A stretch of 54,313 nt of DNA from a virus (Duplodnaviria; Caudoviricetes). The notes below the pieces were generated by a model, which saw nothing but the letters and a program-made list of their open reading frames with translations, was not told where the DNA came from and did not search any database. The position numbers and the translations under genes are program-made. The stretch covers positions 1-54,313 of IMG/VR virus record IMGVR_UViG_3300043596_000010. One strand, 5' to 3'. Shown here piece after piece: positions 37,787-46,789 of this stretch (positions within the stretch are counted from its first letter, which is position 1; each line of letters starts with the position of its first letter).

Positions 37787-39225
37787 TGGACACCATAACT
37801 AAGAATTTATTCAACACCCTAAATTATGTTCCGCATACTGCACAGCAACTTTACCATGATTCACAGGCACGATTTAGAATTCCCGTCTGTGGGCGTAGAA
37901 CCGGTAAGTCGCTTATGGTTGGGCGGGATGTTGAAGGTGCTTTAATTCAACCGCCTAAGCATCAACGCTATATGTGCTGGATTGTAGCACCTACGTACGA
38001 TCTTGGTGAGCGTGAGTTTGCGGTTATCTGGAACGATTTAATCGTTAACAAGGCTTTGGGCCGCCAGCCGGGTGTTAAGAAAGCTTACAATAAGCCCACA
38101 GGCAATATGTATATCGAGTTTCCTTGGAAAACCCGCATTGAGGTTCGTAGTGCGGCGCATCCTGAGACTCTTGTTGGCGAAGCGTTAGACCACGCTATTA
38201 TGTCTGAGGCGGCTAAGCTTCGACCTGAGACTTGGGGGCGTTATATCCAGCCGTCGCTATCTGATAAGCGTGGAACGGCTGATTTCCCTACGACACCTGA
38301 AGGGCATAACTGGCTATATGAGCTTTGGCGCTTAGGCCAGAATCCTGAGTTCGCTGATTATGCTTCTTGGAACTTTCCAACTTGGATTAATACTGCCATG
38401 TTTCCTGGCGGTAGGAACGATCCTGAAATCCTGCTCATGGAACGTACCATGGCTCGGGAAGAATTCCTTCAGGAAGTTGCTGCTGACTTTGCTAGCTTTA
38501 CTGGCAAAGTGTACGACGAATTCGATGAGCAAACCCACGTTAAACGAATCAAGTTCAATCCATTGTGGAAGAACTATATTGCTTTCGACTTTGGCTTTTC
38601 TGCGCCTTTAGCTGCTATTGAATTCCAAGTAGATCCTTGGGATAGGATTTACATCTGGCGTGAGCACTACCTGGCCAACCGCACGCTGGAGGAGCACATT
38701 AATATCTTGAAGGGGCGAGACAATCCCCCGGGCTACCACCTGGACCTATGCTTCGGCGACGCCGAGGACCCCGAGGCGATTATCGTTCTAAATCAGAAGT
38801 TTGCGCCCTGTATTGGCTTGCCAGAAGCTAAGGTGAACTGGGGCGAAGGCATCAACATGGTGAAAAACAAAATCCGTTCTTACCCTGTGGGTGAGAAAGA
38901 CGAATACGGAACTCCTAGCTATGAGCCTTGGCTCTATGTCGACTTTGATTGCCCGAACACAATCAAGGAATTCAATACGTATCGTTACCGAGAGTCAACC
39001 ACTACCGACCCTGTGGACAATAACAAATCGGGTTCCGCAATTCGTAAGAACAACCATGCTATGGATGCCATCCGATATGGCATAGTCCATATCTTTAAGT
39101 ATGGCGCCGGTACCAACCTCACGGATTTGATTTTGCAGGTTCCCACAGAGGCTGAAATGAATTACTTTGGGAACCCCCAGTCTGAAGACATTCAAACATT
39201 CTTCCCAGTTGGAGTCCAATTCTAA
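37786..39225 (+). CDS. terL: Terminase large subunit
   Basis: HTAQ, GRRTGKS, VAPTY, TTPEG.NW.Y, AFDFGF, NHAMDAIRY. Confidence 0.93.
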   Translation: MDTITKNLFNTLNYVPHTAQQLYHDSQARFRIPVCGRRTGKSLMVGRDVEGALIQPPKHQRYMCWIVAPTYDLGEREFAVIWNDLIVNKALGRQPGVKKAYNKPTGNMYIEFPWKTRIEVRSAAHPETLVGEALDHAIMSEAAKLRPETWGRYIQPSLSDKRGTADFPTTPEGHNWLYELWRLGQNPEFADYASWNFPTWINTAMFPGGRNDPEILLMERTMAREEFLQEVAADFASFTGKVYDEFDEQTHVKRIKFNPLWKNYIAFDFGFSAPLAAIEFQVDPWDRIYIWREHYLANRTLEEHINILKGRDNPPGYHLDLCFGDAEDPEAIIVLNQKFAPCIGLPEAKVNWGEGINMVKNKIRSYPVGEKDEYGTPSYEPWLYVDFDCPNTIKEFNTYRYRESTTTDPVDNNKSGSAIRKNNHAMDAIRYGIVHIFKYGAGTNLTDLILQVPTEAEMNYFGNPQSEDIQTFFPVGVQF

Positions 39226-40646
39226 TGACTATAGCTGAAATGTCAATGGAGGAATTGATTTCTTCTGGGCGTATTGTTGGCCAATCGGAGAATGCAATTC
39301 TAGTTGAACGTACAGTGGAGCTTGCTAGCGCTAATCCTAGCTATACTGAGTTAGGCCATTCAGGCATGACTGCTTATGGCAGTATGGCTAGATACGAATA
39401 CAACAACGATCTTCGGGGTCAGTTGGGCTTACGTATCTACGACAAAATGCGCCGTAACGATTCCCAGGTCAAAACCAGTCTTAACTTAGTCAAAACGCCA
39501 GTCTACTCGGCGACCTGGTACATGGACCCAGCTAGTCCTAACAAGCGTGATGTCAAGATTGCGGCTGAACTATGGAAGAACCTTACAAAGCAGTTATCTG
39601 TATCTTTTACAACTCTGCTATTGGAAGCGCTTAGCTGTATTGATTTTGGTTGGTATGCATTTGAGCCTGTGTATCAGCGTTACGAAGGCAAAGTTCTTTT
39701 TAAGAAGTTTGCGCCTAGGCATCCATTAGATTGTGTTGAATGGCATTACGCTGGAAGCGATGGCGGCCCTGTGGGCTGTAGCTTCCAAGCCGGCGATGAT
39801 CCTGCACCTAAGTTTATTCCGATGAAAAGCCTTAATGGCCAAACCCGCCTTATTGTCTTTACTATGGACAAAGAAGGCGGAGACATGCAGGGTATCTCTA
39901 GGCTTAGGCCAGCATATAAAAACTGGTATTATAAGGAGAATCTTCTTAGGGTCGATGCCATTCAGAAGGAACGGCACGGTATCGGTATTCCTGTTGTTAC
40001 CCTGCCTGCTGGCGCTCCGCCCGCTGACAAAGCGGCCGCCAATGAATTAGGCCGTAACATTCGTACTAATGAAAAAGCCCACATTACTCTACCGCCCCTG
40101 TGGGAAATCCATATGCTTAAGATGGAAGGGCAAATGGTAGATGTCCTTAAATCGGTAGAATACCACGATAGAATGATTGCTCGAAATGTTATTGCGCCGT
40201 TTGCTTTTAGCGAACAAGGTACGACAAGCGCCGAAACCCAAGAGTTATTTCTTAAGGGAGCTAGGTTCATTGCAGACATTATTCGAGACGTTTTCAACAA
40301 GTGGGCTATTCCAGATTGGGTTCGTTTTAACTATGGTCCTAATGTTGAATTGCCAGAATTAAAAGTCCGTCGTATTGGTGATACCGTAGATTGGCGTACT
40401 ATTTCGTTTGCGCTTAGGAATCTCATCGGGGCTAACATTATTCAGCCTGACGATGGCTTAGAAGTGTACATGCGTAACGAAATGGATTTGCCGGCGCTGG
40501 ATCCGGCAACGATAAGGGAAGTTCAAAAGCCTCAGGTACCTGGGCAAGCTTCCAAAGGAACTCCTAAGCAAAAGCCTGCCGGCGAAATGAACAAGGGAAC
40601 TGGAAGTGCTGGTGCAGGAAAGGATGGCGGCTCACCAGGAAAGTAG
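39225..40646 (+). CDS. Portal protein (DUF935 / Mu gp29-like)
   Basis: YDKM.R.D..V, G...FE.VY, G.S.LRPAY..W, ERHGIGIP; follows terL. Confidence 0.88.
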   Translation: MTIAEMSMEELISSGRIVGQSENAILVERTVELASANPSYTELGHSGMTAYGSMARYEYNNDLRGQLGLRIYDKMRRNDSQVKTSLNLVKTPVYSATWYMDPASPNKRDVKIAAELWKNLTKQLSVSFTTLLLEALSCIDFGWYAFEPVYQRYEGKVLFKKFAPRHPLDCVEWHYAGSDGGPVGCSFQAGDDPAPKFIPMKSLNGQTRLIVFTMDKEGGDMQGISRLRPAYKNWYYKENLLRVDAIQKERHGIGIPVVTLPAGAPPADKAAANELGRNIRTNEKAHITLPPLWEIHMLKMEGQMVDVLKSVEYHDRMIARNVIAPFAFSEQGTTSAETQELFLKGARFIADIIRDVFNKWAIPDWVRFNYGPNVELPELKVRRIGDTVDWRTISFALRNLIGANIIQPDDGLEVYMRNEMDLPALDPATIREVQKPQVPGQASKGTPKQKPAGEMNKGTGSAGAGKDGGSPGK

Positions 40647-40663
40647 CCTAAATAAATTAGCCC

Positions 40664-40692
40664 TTGACAAACACACGTTCGTCGACCATACT
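40664..40692 (+). promoter_or_regulatory. SigA-type promoter with LexA-like box in its spacer
   Basis: TTGACA-17 nt-CATACT; CAAAC-ACAC-GTTCG at 40668-40681. Confidence 0.75.
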
Positions 40693-40702
40693 GAGGTAGC
40701 TT

Positions 40703-41779
40703 ATGAATTTCAAACTTGTTGTAGACCTTGCAGGAATTCAATTTGATGATGCAAAGCCTGATTCCAGTTGGATTCAGGCTATGACGCTTGGTAAGTATGA
40801 TCATGCTCTTTATGGCGAGATCGAGTTTACTGAGGATCGTATTAATGCGTTTGCTGGCAGCGTAAACGCTAAGGTCCTTAACAAGGACATTGAAATTGAT
40901 TACGATCATAAGATGTATAATGGCGAGGCTGCCGGTTGGGTTTCTGCTGCTGAGGCTCGCCACGGCGAAGGTCTATGGCTTTTAGTTGATTGGACTAAGG
41001 CGGCTGCCGATAAGATCCGATCTAAGGCATATCGTTATTTTAGCCCTGAGTTTGCTGACGAATGGCAGCATCCCAAGACCGGTACGAAGTTTAAGGATGT
41101 TCTATTCGGCGGTGGTATTACTAACCGCCCGTTCTTAAAAGACATCCTGCCCCTTAATTTGAGTGATTTAGTAGGAGGAACTATGGACCCGAAACTGCTT
41201 CGGCAACTCCTCAAGCTTTCTGAAGATGCTACCGATGATGCGGTTGCGAACAAGCTTCGGGAACTTATGGAGCCTGCTAAGCCTGAGGTTGATAAGCCTA
41301 AGCTTGATGATAAGGCTGAACTTACCAAGCTGGCTGAGGAAAACCCGATGATTAAGGCGCTTGTTGAGCAGAACGAAGCTACTCAGCGCCGACTTGCTGA
41401 GGTTGAGGCTACCCAGCGCCTGAGTGATCTTACTATTCAGCTTAATAGCCTTCAGAGTAGCCTTAAGAACATTGCTCTCTCCGATGAGAATCTTGGTAAG
41501 GTTCGCCAGTTTGCTCTGGAGCTTCCTACTAAGGATCAGAGCCGTTTCGTTACGGTGCTTGGCGAAGTGCTTAGCACTGTTGCCTTCCTTGGCGAAATTG
41601 GCAAGACCAGCCCGGCCGGCGATATCGATGATGGCTCTGGCTACATGAAGGCCATCAATAAGCTTGTTGAGGACAACAAGGGTATGTCCTTCGCTGAGGC
41701 TGCGGTTGAGATTAGCCGCACCAATCCTGAATTACTGACCGCTTACCACAACAGCATGGGGGCAACCGCTAATGGCTAA
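40703..41779 (+). CDS. Mu gpI-like prohead protease with C-terminal scaffold
   Basis: IDYDH, AAGW, VDWT..A, YRYFSPEF, TNRPF; coiled-coil C-terminal half. Confidence 0.88.
   Translation: MNFKLVVDLAGIQFDDAKPDSSWIQAMTLGKYDHALYGEIEFTEDRINAFAGSVNAKVLNKDIEIDYDHKMYNGEAAGWVSAAEARHGEGLWLLVDWTKAAADKIRSKAYRYFSPEFADEWQHPKTGTKFKDVLFGGGITNRPFLKDILPLNLSDLVGGTMDPKLLRQLLKLSEDATDDAVANKLRELMEPAKPEVDKPKLDDKAELTKLAEENPMIKALVEQNEATQRRLAEVEATQRLSDLTIQLNSLQSSLKNIALSDENLGKVRQFALELPTKDQSRFVTVLGEVLSTVAFLGEIGKTSPAGDIDDGSGYMKAINKLVEDNKGMSFAEAAVEISRTNPELLTAYHNSMGATANG
41183..41779 (+). CDS. Nested in-frame scaffold protein (internal start)
   Basis: AGGAGG SD just before in-frame ATG at domain boundary, as in Mu I/Z. Confidence 0.65.
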   Translation: MDPKLLRQLLKLSEDATDDAVANKLRELMEPAKPEVDKPKLDDKAELTKLAEENPMIKALVEQNEATQRRLAEVEATQRLSDLTIQLNSLQSSLKNIALSDENLGKVRQFALELPTKDQSRFVTVLGEVLSTVAFLGEIGKTSPAGDIDDGSGYMKAINKLVEDNKGMSFAEAAVEISRTNPELLTAYHNSMGATANG

Positions 41780-42155
41780 TATTACGCTTACTCGTGCGTG
41801 GATGGCCTCGGGTGTTATCCGCAAGTTCCGAGGCGTTAAGCAGACCAACGATACTACCATTATTGAGAATGGTACTCTGGGCGGTATTATCACTGGTGTT
41901 GCGCTTGAGGACATTGATAGCACTTCGGCGACTAACTTTGCTGGCAAGCGTACCTGCACTGTTCAGGTAGAGGGTATTGCTCGAGGTATTGCTTCTGCCG
42001 CTATTGTTGTTGGCGCTAAGGTTGCCTGTGCGGCGGATGGTAGATTCCTTACTGCTGTTAGCACTAACCACGTCATTGGCGTTTGCACCGTTGCTGCGGG
42101 CGCTGCTGGTGACCAGTTCGAGTTTGAAATCCTGAGAGGTTCGGTGCTGGCGTAA
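41772..42155 (+). CDS. Capsid decoration/cement protein (DUF2190-like)
   Basis: Small Gly/Ala-rich protein between protease and MCP; AI..GA.V...ADG. Confidence 0.75.
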   Translation: MANITLTRAWMASGVIRKFRGVKQTNDTTIIENGTLGGIITGVALEDIDSTSATNFAGKRTCTVQVEGIARGIASAAIVVGAKVACAADGRFLTAVSTNHVIGVCTVAAGAAGDQFEFEILRGSVLA

Positions 42156-43186
42156 TGGTTCCTGAGATTGGTAATAACAAGCAGTTAAGCATTTACGATC
42201 CTGCCGGCAATAACAATGTCCACGTCGACCAGGTGCTAAGTAATATCAGCGTTGGTTGGCCTAACGGTGAGCTCATTGGCGATCAGCTTTTACCGTCGGT
42301 TCCTGTTAGCTTTCCTACCGGCAAGTACAGCATCTTTGGCCGTGAGTCTTGGGCTCTTGAGCCCGGTACGGATCTTCGTGGTCCTGGTGCTGAGGCTGTT
42401 GAGATTCCTGGTAGGGCTCGTTCGTTCGACTTCTACTACGCTGCCGAACATGCGCTTAAGATTGGCGTGACTGACGAGGAATATCAGGTTGCTGATGCGC
42501 CTTTGTCTCCTGAGGCAGATGCGGTTGAGCTTGTTACTGACAAGATTCTTCTTGCTCGTGAGCTTGCTATTAAGACCTTGGTTACTACTGCTGCCAACTA
42601 CCCAGGCACTCTAACTACTACACTTACTACTACTGCTTCTGGCACGTCTTGGGATTCTGGTAACTACGCTACTAGCGATCCTATTAAGAACGTTAAGGAT
42701 GGCTTTAGGGCCATGCACGCTCAGACGTTCATTCGACCTAACCTCGGTGTTTTCCCCTTCCAGGTTATGTCTCAGCTTGAGGACCATCCCGACTTCATTG
42801 CTCGTATTCAGTACACCACTGGTGGTGCTGTTACGCAGGACATCATGAAGACCCTGTTTGGCTTCAATGGTAAGATTCTGGTTCCTGGGCTTGGTTACAA
42901 CTCCGCTAACATGGGTCAGGCTGCTTCGGTTGGCTACCTGTGGGGCAAGGATGTTTGGTTCGGCTATGTTCCGCCTAAGGCTGGGCTAAACATTCCGGCT
43001 TTCGGCTATGAGTTCGTGCATAAGTATCCGACTACTGGGCTTACACAGGAAACCACTCGTTGGCGTGAAATGAGCCGCAAGCGTAATATGTTCCAGGTTG
43101 GCCGTCGTTATGATCTTAAGCTTGTTGCTCTTGATTCTAACGGCAAGTCTGTGGCTGGCTACCTCATCAAGAGTGCGGTTGTCTAA
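42155..43186 (+). CDS. Major capsid protein
   Basis: D..LSNIS.G, P.VPV, AGYLIK.AV terminus; position and size. Confidence 0.85.
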   Translation: MVPEIGNNKQLSIYDPAGNNNVHVDQVLSNISVGWPNGELIGDQLLPSVPVSFPTGKYSIFGRESWALEPGTDLRGPGAEAVEIPGRARSFDFYYAAEHALKIGVTDEEYQVADAPLSPEADAVELVTDKILLARELAIKTLVTTAANYPGTLTTTLTTTASGTSWDSGNYATSDPIKNVKDGFRAMHAQTFIRPNLGVFPFQVMSQLEDHPDFIARIQYTTGGAVTQDIMKTLFGFNGKILVPGLGYNSANMGQAASVGYLWGKDVWFGYVPPKAGLNIPAFGYEFVHKYPTTGLTQETTRWREMSRKRNMFQVGRRYDLKLVALDSNGKSVAGYLIKSAVV

Positions 43187-43221
43187 TGGGTGCTATTACT
43201 ATCGAGGAGGAGGATTAAATT

Positions 43222-43620
43222 ATGGCTGACGTTGTGGCTGTTGTGCCTATCCAGCACATTTCGCCTAGTGCAGTTAAGACCGCACAAGAGGCTAGTGTAG
43301 TTAGCAATATTCGAGTTAAGCCGGTGCAGACTGTTATTCCTATTGGCACTAAGCTGACTGGCAAGTTTGACGATGACCAGCTTCAGCGTTTTGTTGATGA
43401 CGGTTGTGCCGTTGAAATCGGTAAGGACCGTAAGTTCAGTGAGGCGCCTGAGGTCTCTCAGACTGCGTTAGATAATGACGCTACCAAGCTGCGTGACAAG
43501 CTTATTGCTGATTCCCTTAGGGATTCTACCCCTGAGGAAGATCGGCCTAAGACTGCCGAGACCGTTGCTAAGGAAGACGAGAAGCCTAAGGTCAATCCAC
43601 CTAAGGCTCCTGTGAGCTAA
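43222..43620 (+). CDS. Hypothetical head-associated protein
   Basis: Strong GAGGAGG SD; follows MCP. Confidence 0.65.
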   Translation: MADVVAVVPIQHISPSAVKTAQEASVVSNIRVKPVQTVIPIGTKLTGKFDDDQLQRFVDDGCAVEIGKDRKFSEAPEVSQTALDNDATKLRDKLIADSLRDSTPEEDRPKTAETVAKEDEKPKVNPPKAPVS

Positions 43621-43622
43621 CG

Positions 43623-44057
43623 GTGGAATTACTTGAGCGAGTTCAAGCATGGCTAGTAACCCGAAAGCTGGAGCTACTTGAGGTAGATCCTGCGCTAGAA
43701 CTGCACGCCAAAGATATGGTTTTTGGCAAGCTTGCTCAAAGCTACGATGTGACGGGGTGGTTGAGTTCGGCAACTACCCCGTCACTCGTACAAAATATTA
43801 TGGCTATGCTTATTGCTGCATGGACCTATGAAATTGCTTATTCTAATGACTCTGGGGACGTTCAAGCTTACACCCTGTGGTTAGAGCGTAAGGCTAACGA
43901 TCTTATGGCCGGTATCATTTCCGGCGCTATTGACATTATCGAAGTTATTGGAAGACCTGAAACCGAGTTTAGTAATATAGATTTTTGGCCTAACGACAGC
44001 ACAGAAATTCTTTGCCCTGACGCTGCGGCTAAGTTTACTGTTAGCAAGGTCTTCTAA
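43623..44057 (+). CDS. Head-tail adaptor (Mu gp36-like)
   Basis: P..V..I...L.AAW.Y; synteny. Confidence 0.65.
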   Translation: MELLERVQAWLVTRKLELLEVDPALELHAKDMVFGKLAQSYDVTGWLSSATTPSLVQNIMAMLIAAWTYEIAYSNDSGDVQAYTLWLERKANDLMAGIISGAIDIIEVIGRPETEFSNIDFWPNDSTEILCPDAAAKFTVSKVF

Positions 44058-44545
44058 TGCCGTTTGAAGTTGATATGACGTATGAGTGGTTTCCGTCGCC
44101 ACTTATTATTCAAACTGCATTCGCTGAATTATCTAGCAATATCAGATCCTTCAAAGAGCCTATAGATAGAGCAATCGCCGAGGTAGTTATTCCCTCAATT
44201 AGGGAAAACTTTGCTGTTGGGGGCCGCCCCCGTTGGGCGCCCCTGTCTACCGAGACCATTGCTAAGAAGGGTCACGAAACCGTTCTTATTGATTCTGGCA
44301 AGCTGGCGCGTGTTGCAGCCCAGAAGAATATTTGGCAAGTTAACGGCGGTTACTTAGTAGGTGATGCAGAGGCATATATCAAGGGCCTGCCCGGAGCAGA
44401 ATATGGTTTGTTCCATATGACAGGAACTAGAAATATGCCTGTACGTGACTTTCTAAGTCTTCAAGAAGAAGACGTTGATCGCATTGAAGAAATCTTTGGC
44501 GATTACGTCGATGAACGAATTCAGGGTACGGTGGGCGGTGGTTGA
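44057..44545 (+). CDS. Virion morphogenesis protein (Mu gpG-like)
   Basis: NF..GGRP.WAPLS..T, L.DSG.L, H..GT..MP.R.FL. Confidence 0.8.
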   Translation: MPFEVDMTYEWFPSPLIIQTAFAELSSNIRSFKEPIDRAIAEVVIPSIRENFAVGGRPRWAPLSTETIAKKGHETVLIDSGKLARVAAQKNIWQVNGGYLVGDAEAYIKGLPGAEYGLFHMTGTRNMPVRDFLSLQEEDVDRIEEIFGDYVDERIQGTVGGG

Positions 44546-44996
44546 ATTAACTGATAGGTTAACTGTAGTTGCACAAGGCATCATTGACATCTTAGAGCGT
44601 GATAAGGCTGAGCTAGGTATAGAAGATGTCTTCTATGGTGACCAATCGTTAATTAACGGCGCTGCTGTGGTCTGCGTAGAGCCTGGCGTTCTTCAACGTG
44701 AGTTAGCTGGTGGTGGAGCATCCAACCGAACTGAAAACATTCTGACAGTCTTTATCCTAGTATACATCATCGGTTTTGCTAAGGGCTCTAACGAGAGTAT
44801 TCGCAAAGAGAATGATGAACTAGGCGAAAGAATTGCGACTCGACTTCATGAAGATCCACAGCTTGGCGGTTTAGTAAATAGCAGTTTTATTCACTCTATC
44901 GAGTCAGGTTATAGACTTCGTGGAGATCAAACACATAGGACTGCTAGGCTTACCTGGCAGGGTACAAGTAAGACTTATCTCTCTAGGGGAGCCTAA
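44538..44996 (+). CDS. Tail terminator / completion protein (start GTG 44538)
   Basis: Synteny; DPQLGGLV motif. Confidence 0.65.
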   Translation: MVELTDRLTVVAQGIIDILERDKAELGIEDVFYGDQSLINGAAVVCVEPGVLQRELAGGGASNRTENILTVFILVYIIGFAKGSNESIRKENDELGERIATRLHEDPQLGGLVNSSFIHSIESGYRLRGDQTHRTARLTWQGTSKTYLSRGA

Positions 44997-45212
44997 ATGA
45001 AGTCGTCTAAGGAAAAGTTTGTTAGTGTGAGCTTGCCTAGCATTCCTAAAGATACTGAAATCGAAGTTCTGTATCTAGGTATCTTTAAGAATGGTGTGCC
45101 TGGCCAAGTCTCCGATGATCTTGTTGCTCATTGGGAAGATTCTATGGTTCAGACATGGCCTGATGATGGTGTGTTACACGTTGGCGTTCAGCCAGAAATC
45201 GAGGATAAGTAA
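44997..45212 (+). CDS. Hypothetical protein
   Basis: GGAG SD; between terminator and tube genes. Confidence 0.6.
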   Translation: MKSSKEKFVSVSLPSIPKDTEIEVLYLGIFKNGVPGQVSDDLVAHWEDSMVQTWPDDGVLHVGVQPEIEDK

Positions 45213-46150
45213 TGCCGCAAGAAATTCAGGCTGTAGGCTATATCGGTCTTGCTTTTGAGGCAACCGCCGGCACTTACACCGCTCCGACTAAGGGCTTTCC
45301 TATTGCGTCTGAGAGTCTTAAGTATTCAAATAACGATAAGACTCGGCGTTTGATTCGTGGTATCGCCGATGCATTAGGTCAGATTGCTGGGCCGTTTCAC
45401 ATTGAAGGCGACATCTCAATGGAGTTTCTGCCCGACGTGATTCCGTACTTTATGTACGCTAGTCGTAACACGGTCGTTAAGACCGGTACTAACCCGTACA
45501 CGTACGTTGGCACACCCGGGCATGCTGCTCTGCCTAACTCTGGTAGAACCCTTTCGATTACTGTTGTTCGTAATGGCGTTGCCTTTGGTTATACTGGCTG
45601 TGTTGTTAGTGGGCTTAGTGCTAACACCGATGATGGTGTGCTTATGGCCACTGCCAGCATTGTGGGCCGTAATGAAACCGATCAGTCCGTATTTGCTCAG
45701 ACCTATGTTAACCAGTTGCCATTTTCGCATGGCATGTACACCATTGGTGTGCCCACAGGTAGCACCGTTACCGATGTTGACACGTTTAGCTTTAGCTTAG
45801 CTGACGCTGCTGAGGCGCAGAACCGACTTACTAACACTCGGGCTGCTACCTTTGTTAAGTTTGGTGAGCGTGAGGTTACGCTTGCTATGACTAAGGATTT
45901 CACTGGGCGTACTGAGTACGACCAGTTTAAGGCACTTACGTCTAAGTCTGTGCGAGTTAAGGCTGACAACGGCGCTAGTGCTTCTGTACAGATTACGCTG
46001 CCTAACACCACCATGACTGCTTATGACATTTCTGGACTCTCCGGCCAAGGCGATCTTGTTATGGCTGACGTTACTTATCAGGGTTTTTACGATCCTACAA
46101 CTAGTAAGTCTTACGAAATCTCTGTTACAACGACTGAGAATATTACCTAA
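45212..46150 (+). CDS. Major tail tube protein
   Basis: IG.A.E...GT...PT, YTGC.V..L; precedes chaperone and tape measure. Confidence 0.82.
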   Translation: MPQEIQAVGYIGLAFEATAGTYTAPTKGFPIASESLKYSNNDKTRRLIRGIADALGQIAGPFHIEGDISMEFLPDVIPYFMYASRNTVVKTGTNPYTYVGTPGHAALPNSGRTLSITVVRNGVAFGYTGCVVSGLSANTDDGVLMATASIVGRNETDQSVFAQTYVNQLPFSHGMYTIGVPTGSTVTDVDTFSFSLADAAEAQNRLTNTRAATFVKFGEREVTLAMTKDFTGRTEYDQFKALTSKSVRVKADNGASASVQITLPNTTMTAYDISGLSGQGDLVMADVTYQGFYDPTTSKSYEISVTTTENIT

Positions 46151-46166
46151 TAGAAAGAAGAATACA

Positions 46167-46535
46167 GTGCCCCGAGCCACTGTGGATATTAATGATACTC
46201 ACCGATACGAGCTTGAGTCTTGTATCGGTGCTTTTGTGGTTGTGACCCGGCTATCGTATGGCGACTGGCTGCATAGGCAGGAAATTTCTGCCGACATGAC
46301 TTTTAATAGTAGCAAGGATAAGAAGGAAGATACTGCTACCACCATTGCCATGATGCAGTCTCGAGTGGCTGAATGGGAATTTGCTCAGTGCATTGTGGAG
46401 CACAATCTGGAAGACGAGAATGATAAGCTCCTAGATTTCAAGAATCCTAGGACCTTAAAGACCTTGCAGCCCAAGATTGGCCAAGAGATTTCTAAGCGTA
46501 TTAGTGACCTACACGATTTTGAAGTGGGAAACTAA
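46167..46535 (+). CDS. Tail assembly chaperone (start GTG 46167)
   Basis: Position; ends in slippery GGGAAAC. Confidence 0.75.
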   Translation: MPRATVDINDTHRYELESCIGAFVVVTRLSYGDWLHRQEISADMTFNSSKDKKEDTATTIAMMQSRVAEWEFAQCIVEHNLEDENDKLLDFKNPRTLKTLQPKIGQEISKRISDLHDFEVGN

Positions 46536-46789
46536 CCTACTGGGCTACCAGGGCCATTGTATTTGACAATCAAACTGGTACACCCAGGGATATTTCAACC
46601 TTGTTGGCTGTGGCAAGTAGTTGTGTTGCCTTGCAGGCACTTCCACGATCTGGTGGCGTATTAGATCAAGACTATATTCTCATGAATGCTATTCACGCCA
46701 TCTTGGCAGCCCAATCTGAAAAGCAGAAAAAAGATGCCGCTAAACACAAGGGAAGTGCTTCTAGTCATTCGAGCAAGAGACGAAGCTAG
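46167..46789 (+). CDS. Tail assembly chaperone, -1 frameshift extended form
   Basis: G GGA AAC at 46526-46532; -1 frame open to 46789 with LP..GG.LDQD. Confidence 0.75.
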
